Shown: positions 7,784 to 15,497 of the stretch, piece after piece | Layout of the letters: each line of letters begins with the position of its first letter | Numbering within the stretch: the first letter of the stretch is position 1 | Source of the DNA: an uncultured bacterium | GTDB lineage: Bacteria > CAYJRR01 | DNA: 19,347 nucleotides | Reading direction: 5' to 3' | Assembly (NCBI GenBank): GCA_964372275.1 | Contig: CAYJRR010000087.1 | Location: 1 to 19,347 of the forward strand | Program-made: the position numbers and the translations under genes | Notes under the pieces: generated by a model | The model's input: the letters and a program-made list of their open reading frames with translations, nothing else | Database searches by the model: none | Told to the model about the DNA's origin: nothing

Positions 7784-8605
7784 TCAGCAGAGAAGCGGCA
7801 GCGCCCTCCTCGTCGCCAGGTTTGCCTGCACAGCCCGAGCCTCGGCGGCGCGCTCGGCGATCGGGGCGAAACGGGCCGACGCAATCGGATCGGCGAAGAA
7901 GGGACCGCCGTCTTCGAGCAGCGATCGCTGGATCCGCTGCGCGAGCGCGTAGAGGGCGTGAACGGCGCGCGACGCCGAGAGCGTAAGGCGATCCCGCGCC
8001 AGGCCGACCGCCATCAGCGCGCGGTCGACGGCAAGCACCGCGGCGCGGGCGGTAGAGGCGGTGGTCGCCTCGACCCGGTCGATCTGCAGCGCGGCCGGGC
8101 GGGCGTCGAAGGCATGGACTTCGAGGATCGCGCCGCCGTCGGCGAGGCCGCCGATGACGAACGGAAGCGGTTCGACCGTGCCCAGGGGGCGGCGGCCGCA
8201 CGGATCGGCGGTCGCCGAAAGCAGGGCGATCTCGGCGCGCGTCGCGGCGAAACGGGCTCCGAGCTCGCGCCGCTCGGGGGCCGGGCACGACGGATCGGCG
8301 GCGCGCGCGGCGATCGCGCGCATGCGGGCCAGCCGCTCGGAGACCGCTTCGTTCAGCCCGTGCGCGAGGTGAACGAGCGAAAGGGCCTCGTTGGCGCATC
8401 GCTGCGCGAACTGCAGCGCGCGAAGCGCCGAGTGGACGGCGTCGAACTCCAGGGTCGAAAGCTCGGGCGCGGGGGGCGTCGGTTCGTCGGCGGGGGGCCG
8501 GCGCCCCGGCGGGGGCGGTTCCGGATCCTCGGGGTTCCGGTCCGACGATTCGACACGCAGCCGCGCGGCGATCCTCTCGACCCCCGTATGGAATACGAGG
8601 GGCAT
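7784..8605 (-). CDS. Flagellin-family protein, divergent paralogue (flagellin N- and C-terminal helical regions with a Pro-rich insertion; possibly FlgL-like)
   Basis: 273 aa. ERIAARLRVESSDRNPED corresponds to flagellin ERLSSGLRINSAKDDAAG. LRALQFAQRCANEALSLVHLAHGLNEAVSERLARMRAIAARAAD corresponds to the flagellin ND1 segment ...[36 protein letters not shown]. The C-terminus ...AVQANLATRRALPLL is flagellin-like. An AGGAAGG ribosome-binding site precedes the ATG. It starts 13 nt after the flagellin stop. Confidence 0.65.
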   Translation of the reverse strand: MPLVFHTGVERIAARLRVESSDRNPEDPEPPPPGRRPPADEPTPPAPELSTLEFDAVHSALRALQFAQRCANEALSLVHLAHGLNEAVSERLARMRAIAARAADPSCPAPERRELGARFAATRAEIALLSATADPCGRRPLGTVEPLPFVIGGLADGGAILEVHAFDARPAALQIDRVEATTASTARAAVLAVDRALMAVGLARDRLTLSASRAVHALYALAQRIQRSLLEDGGPFFADPIASARFAPIAERAAEARAVQANLATRRALPLLC

Positions 8606-8618
8606 CGAGGTCGCCTTC

Positions 8619-9440
8619 CTATTGCAACAGGCGGAGCGCCGACTTCGACTGGGTGTTGGCCTGCATCAGCGTCGCGATCCCGGCGCTCTGCCGCACCTGC
8701 AGCTGCGTCAGCAGCGCCGCTTCGACGGCGAAGTCGGCGTCCCGGATCCGGCTTTCGGCGGCGGCGGTGCTCTCGATGCTGCTGCCGATCGTCGAGATGG
8801 TGGTCGTCATCCGGTTTGCCGTCGCGCCGAACCGTCCGCGCGCCGCGTTCACCTGGGAGATCGCGCCGTCGATCGCCCCCACCGCCGCGCTGGCGTTGGC
8901 GGCGGTGTCCACCCCGGCCCCCGCGAGCCCCAGCGCCGTCACCGTCGCGTTCGCCGTCTGCACGGCGATCTGGTCGGTGCCGCCGGTCCCCGTCCCGACC
9001 TGGAAGGTGACGCTGGCGGTCTGGTTGAGGAGGTTGACGCCGTTGAAGTTGGTCGTGCCGGCGACCCGCCCGACCTCCTGCGACAACGAGCTGAACTCCT
9101 GCTGCAGGGCCGCGCGCTCGCTGGTTCCGAGCGTGCCGTTCATCGACTGGATGGCGAGCTCCCGCATCCGGCCGAGCATCGACCCGACCTCGTTGAGCGC
9201 GCCGTCGGCGGTGCTCGTCAGCGAGATGGCGTCGTTGGCGTTCCGTTGCGCCTGTTGGAGCGAGCGCAGGTTCGCCCGCATCTTCTCCGAGATCGCCAAC
9301 CCCGCCGCGTCGTCCGCGGCGGTGGCGATCCGAAGTCCGCTCGAGAGGCGGCTGAACGTTCCTTGGAGCTGCCGATTCGTCTGCTGGAGGAACCTCTGCG
9401 CCGAGATGCTGCCGAGACCACTGCTTGCGTTGATGGCCAT
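8619..9440 (-). CDS. fliC: Flagellin (short form lacking the variable D2/D3 domains)
   Basis: 273 aa from the ATG at 9440 (MAINASSGLGS...). The canonical N-terminus ...RLSSGLRIATAADDAAGLAISEKMRANLRSLQQAQRNANDAISL... and C-terminus ...RGRFGATANRMTTTIST...ESRIRDADFAVEAALLTQLQVRQSAGIATLMQANTQSKSALRLLQ are present. The TAG stop is conserved. The track ORF extends 17 codons upstream to an earlier ATG, which I consider less likely. Confidence 0.9.
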   Translation of the reverse strand: MAINASSGLGSISAQRFLQQTNRQLQGTFSRLSSGLRIATAADDAAGLAISEKMRANLRSLQQAQRNANDAISLTSTADGALNEVGSMLGRMRELAIQSMNGTLGTSERAALQQEFSSLSQEVGRVAGTTNFNGVNLLNQTASVTFQVGTGTGGTDQIAVQTANATVTALGLAGAGVDTAANASAAVGAIDGAISQVNAARGRFGATANRMTTTISTIGSSIESTAAAESRIRDADFAVEAALLTQLQVRQSAGIATLMQANTQSKSALRLLQ

Positions 9441-9559
9441 TTCTGGCCCTTCCCTTCTCCCCCTTTTTAGGAAAAGAGACGAAAGAATCATACCACCGCC
9501 GCCTCCCCCGCGGAAGTAGCGGCTATGGAGGGCGGAAATCCTAAGTTATTACGAAAGGA

Positions 9560-9700
9560 TTCGAACCGAGTCGGATCCGAGCCGTACCGGTATCGGTATG
9601 CGACCCGATCCGATCCGGCCGGCGGATTTCGGATCGGATCGGTTCCGATCGGCTCGGATCGGATACCGATACCGATACCGATACCGATCGGATCGGCCTC
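9560..9700. repeat. GATC-dense short-tandem-repeat region forming a long imperfect palindrome centred on CCGGCCGG. It contains (ATACCG)4 at 9663..9686 and CGGAT/CGATC pentamer runs
   Basis: Read from the sequence: ...ccggtatcggtatgcgacccgatccgatccggccggcggatttcggatcggatcggttccgatcggctcggatcggataccgataccgataccgataccgatcggatcgg... There are about 9 GATC sites in about 130 bp. It lies between the DsbA-like gene stop (9702) and the flagellin start (9440). Confidence 0.8.
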
Positions 9701-9701
9701 T

Positions 9702-10799
9702 CTAGCTGCCGGCGTTCTTGAGCTCGCGCTCGATCAGCCGGCTGATCTCGGGGACGTTCGCCCCCGGCACCATCCATCCGTTCACGAAGAAGGTCGGCGT
9801 CGAGTTCACGCCGTAGGCGTCGGCGTCGGCCATGTCCTTCTTCACCTCGTCGACCCGCTTCGGGTCGGCCACGCAGGCGTCGAACTTCGCCAGGTCGAGC
9901 TTCAAGAGCTCCGCGTGCGCCCGCAGATCGGAGGCCTTCATCGCCGACTGGTTCTTGAAGACCGCCTCGTGGAACTCCCAGTACTTCCCCTGGTCGCGCG
10001 CGCAGCCCGCCGCCACCGACGCCGGCAGCGCGTCGGGGTGTTTCCCCATCAGCGGGTAGTCGCGATAGACGAGCTTCACCTTCCCCTCGTACTGCTTCAG
10101 GACCTCCGGGAGCCGGTTCTCCGCCGTCCTGCAGGCCGGGCACTGGAAGTCGGAGAACTCGACGATCGTCACCGGCGCGGAGTCCGACCCCTTCATCGGG
10201 TCGTCGTCGACGGAGACCTCCACCCGCGGCGGATCGGGCGGCGTGAGGTGGAACTTCACGTTCGACGACTCGATCAGCTTGGAGATGTAGGCACCGCGCG
10301 CGTCCTGCTTGGCGCGCTGCTCGAGGCCGGTCTTGATCTGCTCCTTCACCTCGTCGAACTTGGGGAACGGATCGCCGGGCTTCGCCGACTTCTGCCGGGA
10401 GCTGTAGAACATCTGCACCTCGGCGTCGGTGACCGCCTTGGCCGTCGACTCGACCTTCTTCTCCAGGAACTCGTCCATCGTCAGGCCCTCTTTCTGGGCC
10501 TCGCGCGTGATCAGCCGCTTCGCGATCTCGTTCTGCACCCACCCCTGCTTGGTCTCGAAGATGTCGCGGCGCGCTCCGAAGATCGCGCCGGCGGTCGCCT
10601 GGTCGACTTCGGTCCCGGTGATCTTGATCCCGTCGGCCTCCGCAACGACCCCGGATCCCAACGGATCGCACGACGAGGCCATCGCCCCTTCGGCCCCCGC
10701 TCCGCCCCCCGCTCCGGCGTTGGGGTTGGCGCACGCGGCAGCGGCGAGGGCGATGATCCCGGCAAGGGCGAGACGGCTCGAGCGTACGGAAACGCGCAT
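9702..10799 (-). CDS. DsbA-family thiol:disulfide oxidoreductase lipoprotein (N-terminal SurA-N/chaperone-like region plus thioredoxin domain)
   Basis: 365 aa from ATG 10799. The track ORF 9702..11906 is a mirror-frame extension upstream of this ATG. A lipoprotein signal MRVSVRSSRLALAGIIALAAAAC (lipobox AAAC) is present. The thioredoxin active site FQCPAC is followed by DsbA-like C-terminal helices ...NSTPTFFVNG... GGAGGA lies 7 nt upstream of the ATG. Confidence 0.85.
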   Translation of the reverse strand: MRVSVRSSRLALAGIIALAAAACANPNAGAGGGAGAEGAMASSCDPLGSGVVAEADGIKITGTEVDQATAGAIFGARRDIFETKQGWVQNEIAKRLITREAQKEGLTMDEFLEKKVESTAKAVTDAEVQMFYSSRQKSAKPGDPFPKFDEVKEQIKTGLEQRAKQDARGAYISKLIESSNVKFHLTPPDPPRVEVSVDDDPMKGSDSAPVTIVEFSDFQCPACRTAENRLPEVLKQYEGKVKLVYRDYPLMGKHPDALPASVAAGCARDQGKYWEFHEAVFKNQSAMKASDLRAHAELLKLDLAKFDACVADPKRVDEVKKDMADADAYGVNSTPTFFVNGWMVPGANVPEISRLIERELKNAGS

Positions 10800-10890
10800 G
10801 AATCCTCCGGAGTGGCGGATCGGGCGATGGCCGGCGACCCCCCGTTTGTCGCGCGCCAAGCTAGCATAATTGCCTGATCCGGCAACCACT

Positions 10891-10920
10891 TTTGACACCG
10901 GAGCGGACCCGATGCTACAC
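10891..10920 (+). promoter_or_regulatory. Candidate sigma-70-type promoter for the ECF sigma operon: TTGACA (10891..10896), 17-18 nt spacer, weak -10 CTACAC/TACACC. An adjacent inverted repeat TTGCC-N6-GGCAA lies at 10869..10884
   Basis: The -35 is a perfect consensus but the -10 is poor. ECF operons are usually auto-regulated from ECF-type promoters, so this is tentative. Confidence 0.25.
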
Positions 10921-10937
10921 CGCGAGGGGCCGCCGAA

Positions 10938-11645
10938 ATGACCTCCACCGCGAATAAGCCGGATCCCGCGCCGTCCAAGTCGGCGACAGGCGATTCGCCA
11001 GGAACGAAGGGAGGTTCGAGCACGATCGGGGAGGCGCCCCCCTCCGATCCGAAGGAGACCGACGACGAACGGGCTTTGGTCTCGAGCCTGGTCCGGAAGA
11101 CGAGGGCCGGCGACCGTGAGGCGTACCGGCAGCTGGTCGAGCGCTACCAGAAGCGCGTCTACGCGGTGCTGTTCGGGATGCTGCGCAGCCGCGAAGACGC
11201 GATGGAGGTTTCGCAGGAGGTCTTCGTCAAGGTCTTCACCCGGATCGGGGAGTTCGAGGAGAAGTCGTCGTTCTACACCTGGATCTACCGGGTGGCGGTG
11301 AACCTGGCGATCGACTTTCGGCGCCGCGAGTGGAAAAAGGTGCACGCGGTGTTCGACGAGTCGATCGAGGACCAGGGGATCGAAGAGGCGACCTTCTACC
11401 GTCCGGACCGGACGACCCCCGAGCAGGCGATGCAGTCGCGGGAGTTGGGGGAGCAGATCCGGGCGGCGCTGGAGACCCTCCCCGAGGAGCAGCGCGCGGT
11501 CTTGGTGATGAGGGAAGTGGACGGGATGAGCTACCAGGAGATGGCCGACGTCATGCGCTGCTCGATCGGGACGATCATGAGCCGGCTGTTCTACGCGCGG
11601 AAGAAGATGCAGGCTTCGCTGAAGGCCCTGGAGAGAAAGTCGTGA
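10938..11645 (+). CDS. ECF-family RNA polymerase sigma factor (sigma-24/RpoE-like)
   Basis: 235 aa. Sigma-2 region ...YRQLVERYQKRVYAVLFGMLRSREDAMEVSQEVFVKVFTRIGEF...YTWIYRVAVNLAIDFRRRE. Sigma-4 region EQRAVLVMREVDGMSYQEMADVMRCSIGTIMSRLFYARKKM. There is a roughly 50-aa low-complexity N-terminal extension before these, so the true start could lie downstream. GAGGGG lies 9 nt upstream of ATG 10938. Confidence 0.9.
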   Translation: MTSTANKPDPAPSKSATGDSPGTKGGSSTIGEAPPSDPKETDDERALVSSLVRKTRAGDREAYRQLVERYQKRVYAVLFGMLRSREDAMEVSQEVFVKVFTRIGEFEEKSSFYTWIYRVAVNLAIDFRRREWKKVHAVFDESIEDQGIEEATFYRPDRTTPEQAMQSRELGEQIRAALETLPEEQRAVLVMREVDGMSYQEMADVMRCSIGTIMSRLFYARKKMQASLKALERKS

Positions 11646-12163
11646 GCTGCGAGCAGGTCCAGGAGTGGATCCCCAAGGTGGTCGACCGCGAGGCGCTCGC
11701 GTGGGAGCGGGCGGCGGTCGAGGAGCACCTCGCCGGCTGCGCGGCGTGCGCGGAGCTGCGCGCCGAGCTCGTCGAGATCGGGGCCCTCGTGCGCGGGCCG
11801 ATCCTCGCGGCGGCCGACGCGGCCGACTTCTCGGGACTGTGGCCGGCCGTGTCGGCCGGGATCGACCGCGAGCTCGCGGCGGCACGGCGTGAGCGGGTGG
11901 CCTCACGCGGATGGGACGCCCTCCTGGCGCCGCTGTCCCGGTGGGTCGCGGGCGGACTGGTCGCAGCCGCCGCGGCCGCCGCGGTCTGGATCGCGCCGCC
12001 GGCGCCCCACCTCTTCCCGGCCGACCTCCGCGTCGAGGTGAGCGAGGTCGAAGGCGGGGCCGACCACGACGTGATGATCTACGAGTCGCAGGACGAAAAC
12101 GTCACCTTCATCCTGGTGATGCCCAAGTACGAGGCAGATCACAGGAGAGGAGCACCGATATGA
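11642..12163 (+). CDS. Anti-sigma factor, zinc-binding (ZAS) type, single-pass membrane
   Basis: GTG start at 11642 overlaps the sigma TGA (GTGA). MSCEQVQEW...EEHLAGCAACAELRAEL carries the HxxxCxxC ZAS motif. A TM helix WVAGGLVAAAAAAAVWIAPP is present. The longer track ORF 11330..12163 is the same frame extended upstream. Confidence 0.8.
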   Translation: MSCEQVQEWIPKVVDREALAWERAAVEEHLAGCAACAELRAELVEIGALVRGPILAAADAADFSGLWPAVSAGIDRELAAARRERVASRGWDALLAPLSRWVAGGLVAAAAAAAVWIAPPAPHLFPADLRVEVSEVEGGADHDVMIYESQDENVTFILVMPKYEADHRRGAPI

Positions 12164-12702
12164 TTCCGGGGGCGCGAGCGAAGCGGGTCGGTCTGTTGGG
12201 GCGGGCGGTGGTCGGGGCGGTGATCGCCCTCTCGCTCGCCGTCGCCGCGTCGGCGCGCGCGGCCGATCCGACCGAGGCCGACGTGCGCGTGCGCGTCATC
12301 CACGCCTCCAACGCCGGCGGCAAGTCGCGGATCGACCGGAGCGTCCGCGATCTCGACAAATACCTGAAGCCGTTCAACTACGACCGCTGGCGGCAGGTGA
12401 TCGACCAGACGTTGCACCTGGGCGTCTCGGATACCCAGGGGATCGGCCTGCTGTCGGGGAAGAACCTGAACGCCACGCTGGTGGCGCTGACCAAGGAGAA
12501 GGCGACGATCCGTCTGCTCCTCGTCGGACAGACCGGCCAGATGCTCGACACCACCGTCTCCGCCGGACCGCACCGCCTCTTCTTCATCGCCGGTCCGCGC
12601 TACGAAGACGGCGTCCTGTTCATCGCCATCGAGCCGCATTACGACCCGGAGAAGGTCGTGCCCGACGCGAACGTGTCGGACAGCTCGAAGCGGCGGGAGT
12701 AG
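12160..12702 (+). CDS. Periplasmic hypothetical protein co-transcribed with the ECF sigma/anti-sigma pair
   Basis: 180 aa. ATG at 12160 overlaps the anti-sigma TGA (ATGA). An AGGAGAGGAG ribosome-binding site lies upstream. Signal peptide MIPGARAKRVGLLGRAVVGAVIALSLAVAASARA-AD. I recognise no domain. Confidence 0.7.
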   Translation: MIPGARAKRVGLLGRAVVGAVIALSLAVAASARAADPTEADVRVRVIHASNAGGKSRIDRSVRDLDKYLKPFNYDRWRQVIDQTLHLGVSDTQGIGLLSGKNLNATLVALTKEKATIRLLLVGQTGQMLDTTVSAGPHRLFFIAGPRYEDGVLFIAIEPHYDPEKVVPDANVSDSSKRRE

Positions 12703-12742
12703 GAACGGTTCGGGGGCGCGGCCGCGCGCCGCGTCCGGTTCC
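12702..12742. terminator. GC-rich imperfect hairpin GGAACGG...CCGGTTCC enclosing a perfect 12-bp palindrome GCGCGGCCGCGC (12716..12727). Candidate terminator or REP-like element
   Basis: Starts 1 nt after the TAG stop of the periplasmic gene. No U-tract follows. Confidence 0.3.
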
Positions 12743-12921
12743 ACCGGCCCATTCGCGCCCCACCTCGTCCGGATTCCGATCGCGGAAGGTTCGATCGCGC
12801 GGACGCCGCGCGCGCCGCGGCATCGCGTCGCCGCAGACTTGGCGCGTCCTCGCCCCCGGCACCGGCGTTGCTCCCTCCCCGCGCGCTTCCACGCGCCTCG
12901 AATCCACGGGAGGGACCCTCG

Positions 12922-13518
12922 ATGAAGACCGTCGCCGAACACGCGATTGCGATCCCCAGCCATCTCGAGCTTCCGAGCGCCTTGCTCGTCACCAAGTTCC
13001 TCCGCGCCGACCGCGGCGGTCTGCTCCGGCTCGACGATGCGCGAAACCTGCTTCGCCGCAGCTTCGAGCTCTACCGGTCGACGTACGATCTCCGCATCCA
13101 CGCCTGGTCGTTCCTCCCGTCGCGCGTCGACCTGGTGGTCGGACTTCCGTGCGAAGGCACCGTCAAGGAGGCGCTGGAGAAGGTCTTCGGCTACTACACC
13201 CGCCGGTTCAACGCGCGCTACGGGAAGGACGGCGCGCTGTTCCGAACCAAGTTCGTCAAGCGGCTGCTGGTGGGCCAACCGGCGATCGCCGCCGCCGTCG
13301 AGCGCGTCAGCCGGATGCCGGAGACGAGTCGCTGCCGGTGGGAGCCCGGGCGCGAGTGCTGGTCGAGCGCCGGCTTCTACCGGCTCGGACGTGAAGACCG
13401 GATCCTGACGCCGCTCCCGGGCGTCGCGCGTCCCTGGGGGCGGCGGCGCGAGGAGGCGGGCCGGATGGCGGCCTCGTTCGAGGAACCGACCGCGCCGGAG
13501 TACGCTCCCGGTCGGTGA
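12922..13518 (+). CDS. IS200/IS605-like (TnpA_REP/RAYT-like) protein that has lost the HuH histidines and the catalytic Tyr; domesticated or inactive transposase derivative
   Basis: 198 aa from the ATG at 12922; the track ORF begins 18 codons further upstream at 12868. LRIHAWSFLPSRVDLVV corresponds to RAYT FEINAWVVLPEHMHCIW, with HMH replaced by RVD. LPCEGTVKEALEKVFGYYTRRF corresponds to LPEGDDDFSSRWREIKKQF. ALFRTKFVKRLL corresponds to IWQPRFWEHAIR. No Tyr is present in the region equivalent to DYIYINPV. The assignment is by motif memory and is moderately confident. Confidence 0.5.
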   Translation: MKTVAEHAIAIPSHLELPSALLVTKFLRADRGGLLRLDDARNLLRRSFELYRSTYDLRIHAWSFLPSRVDLVVGLPCEGTVKEALEKVFGYYTRRFNARYGKDGALFRTKFVKRLLVGQPAIAAAVERVSRMPETSRCRWEPGRECWSSAGFYRLGREDRILTPLPGVARPWGRRREEAGRMAASFEEPTAPEYAPGR

Positions 13519-15074
13519 CCGTCGACTCCGGGATGGGCGCGCGGGGTGGGCCGGATCCGCACCCGGCGGAAGGGGTTCTCGCGCGGGCCGTCTTCCTGCG
13601 CGCGCTCGGCCTCGTCTACGCCGCCGCCTTCGTCTCGCTGTGGGTGCAGGTTCACGGACTGATCGGAGAACGGGGGATCGCCCCCGCGTCGGAGTTGCTG
13701 GCGGTCGCCCACGAGCGCTTCGGCGCCGGCGCGGCCTGGCGGCTGCCGACGGTCTTCTGGCTCTCGTCCGGCGACGTCGCGATCCACCTCGTCTGCGCCG
13801 CCGGGACGGCGTGCGGCGCGCTGCTCCTGCTCGGGCGCGCGCCGGGACCGGCGGCGATCGCCGCGTGGGGGCTCTACCTCTCGCTCGTGGGGGTCGGGGA
13901 CGTCTTCCTGAGTTACCAGTGGGACGCGCTGCTCCTGGAGGCCGGTCTGCTCGCATGCCTCGACGCGCCCTGGCGGCTCCGGCCGGGCGGCGTCGAGCGC
14001 GCGCCCTCGAGACTGTCGCGCGGACTGCTTCGTCTGCTGCTGTTCCGCCTGATGTTCGCCTCCGGCGCGGTGAAGCTCCTGAGCGGCGACCCGTCGTGGC
14101 GGAACCTCTCCGCCCTCGAGTTCCACTACTGGACCCAGCCGCTCCCCCATCTCGCGAGCTGGTTCGCGCATCGGCTGCCGGGCGCGGTGCACGCGATCTC
14201 GACGTTCGCGATGTTCGCCGTCGAGCTGGTCGTCCCGTTCTTCTACGTCGGACCCCGCCGCGCGCGCCGCTACGCTGCCGTGGCGACGGCCGGTCTCCAG
14301 GTCGCCGTCGCCGCGACCGGGAACTACGGCTTCTTCAATCTGCTGACGGCGGCGCTCTGCGTGACGCTGCTCGACGACGACGAACTTCGCCGCGTCTTGC
14401 CGGCGCGGCTCGTCGAAGCGCTCGTGCCCCGGTCGGTCGAGCCGGCGCGGGCGCTCCCCCGCGGCGTCGCCGGGTTCGTCGGAGGGTTCCTCGGCGCCGC
14501 CGGTCTGGCGGCGTTCGCCGGCGGGCTCGGCGTTCCCGTTCCACGACCGCTCTCGATTCCGCGTGAGCTTCTCCGACCGACGATGTCGGCGAACGCCTAC
14601 GGACTGTTCGCGGTGATGACGCGCGAGCGGCCGGAGATCGTGGTCGAAGGGAGCGACGACGGCCGGACGTGGCGGAGCTACGACTTCCGGTGGAAACCGG
14701 GCCCGGTGGAGCGCGCGCCGCGCCTGGCGCCGCTGCACCTGCCGCGTCTCGACTGGCAGATGTGGTTCGCGGCGCTCTCCGCCTGCCGGGACGAGCCGTG
14801 GTTCCTCCAGTTCGAGCGGGCGCTGCTCGAGGGCCGGCCCGAGGTGTTGGGGCTCCTGCGCGACGCGCCGTCGACGGCGCCGGAGTCGTCCGCCGGGCAG
14901 ACCCGCGCCTCCGCGACGCGACCGCCGCGATTCGTCCGCTCGACGCTCTACCGCTACCGCTTCACCACCGCGGCGGAACGCCGGGACGGCGGCGCCTGGT
15001 GGTCGCGCGAAGAGGCGGCCCCCTACTGTCCGACGCTGACGCTGGTCGACGGCCGGCTCACCCGCGTTCCGTGA
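13515..15074 (+). CDS. Lipase maturation factor (LMF1/DUF1222) family integral membrane protein
   Basis: 519 aa. FLRALGLVYAAAFVSLWVQVHGLIGERGI, YQWDALLLEAGLLACLDAP, GNYGFFNLLTAALCVTLLDD, YGLFAVMTRERPEIVVEGSDDGRTWRSYDFRWKPG, LDWQMWFAAL and LYRYRFT match the LMF family. A GTG at 13515 overlaps the upstream TGA (GTGA). The ATG at 13533 is an alternative start. Confidence 0.85.
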   Translation: MTVDSGMGARGGPDPHPAEGVLARAVFLRALGLVYAAAFVSLWVQVHGLIGERGIAPASELLAVAHERFGAGAAWRLPTVFWLSSGDVAIHLVCAAGTACGALLLLGRAPGPAAIAAWGLYLSLVGVGDVFLSYQWDALLLEAGLLACLDAPWRLRPGGVERAPSRLSRGLLRLLLFRLMFASGAVKLLSGDPSWRNLSALEFHYWTQPLPHLASWFAHRLPGAVHAISTFAMFAVELVVPFFYVGPRRARRYAAVATAGLQVAVAATGNYGFFNLLTAALCVTLLDDDELRRVLPARLVEALVPRSVEPARALPRGVAGFVGGFLGAAGLAAFAGGLGVPVPRPLSIPRELLRPTMSANAYGLFAVMTRERPEIVVEGSDDGRTWRSYDFRWKPGPVERAPRLAPLHLPRLDWQMWFAALSACRDEPWFLQFERALLEGRPEVLGLLRDAPSTAPESSAGQTRASATRPPRFVRSTLYRYRFTTAAERRDGGAWWSREEAAPYCPTLTLVDGRLTRVP

Positions 15075-15167
15075 TGGAATGCAGGGGGGCGGCAGGGGGC
15101 CGGGGAGGTCCCCGGGAAGCGCCCAGGCGCGAAACGTTCCCCGTAGAAGCCCGAAGGGTGGACAGCG

Positions 15168-15497
15168 ATGACGAGCCCGAATCGCGACGCGTCACCTCCG
15201 CCACCGGACGGTTGGGGTCTGGGGATGGTGGTCGGGGGATGGGTCCTGGCGGTGGCCGGCGGGATCCTCTCGATGCTGGCACTGGGCCTGGGCGACACCG
15301 CCGCGATGATCGTCCTCGGTCTCGCGGTGCTTTCATCGGGAACGCTGTTCGTCACCGGCAGTCTCCGGCTTGCGCGAAACCTGCAGTGGCCCGCCGCCGT
15401 CGGGGTGGCCGGTGGAGTCGTCCAGGTCCTAGCCCTCCTGGCCGCGGCGCTCGCCTGGGTGGCGGTTCTCGCCATCGCCGGAAGCCCCTACAAGTGA
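15168..15497 (+). CDS. Small hypothetical membrane protein (3 predicted TM helices)
   Basis: 109 aa, GC3-rich and hydrophobic. Its 3' end overlaps the convergent PspC-domain gene by 69 nt, so one of the two 3' ends may be mis-called. Confidence 0.4.
   Translation: MTSPNRDASPPPPDGWGLGMVVGGWVLAVAGGILSMLALGLGDTAAMIVLGLAVLSSGTLFVTGSLRLARNLQWPAAVGVAGGVVQVLALLAAALAWVAVLAIAGSPYK

Noticed and set aside
9441-9560. Sigma-28 (TAAA-N15-GCCGATAA) flagellin promoter
   Set aside because: No convincing match. Only a weak GCCGCTA was seen, with wrong spacing to any TAAA-like box. The promoter class is left unassigned.
9540-9580. tRNA-like T-arm motif GGTTCGAATCC (minus strand) suggesting a tRNA gene
   Set aside because: The flanking sequence cannot be folded into a T-stem, acceptor stem or anticodon arm. 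It is at most a tRNA remnant or a chance motif.
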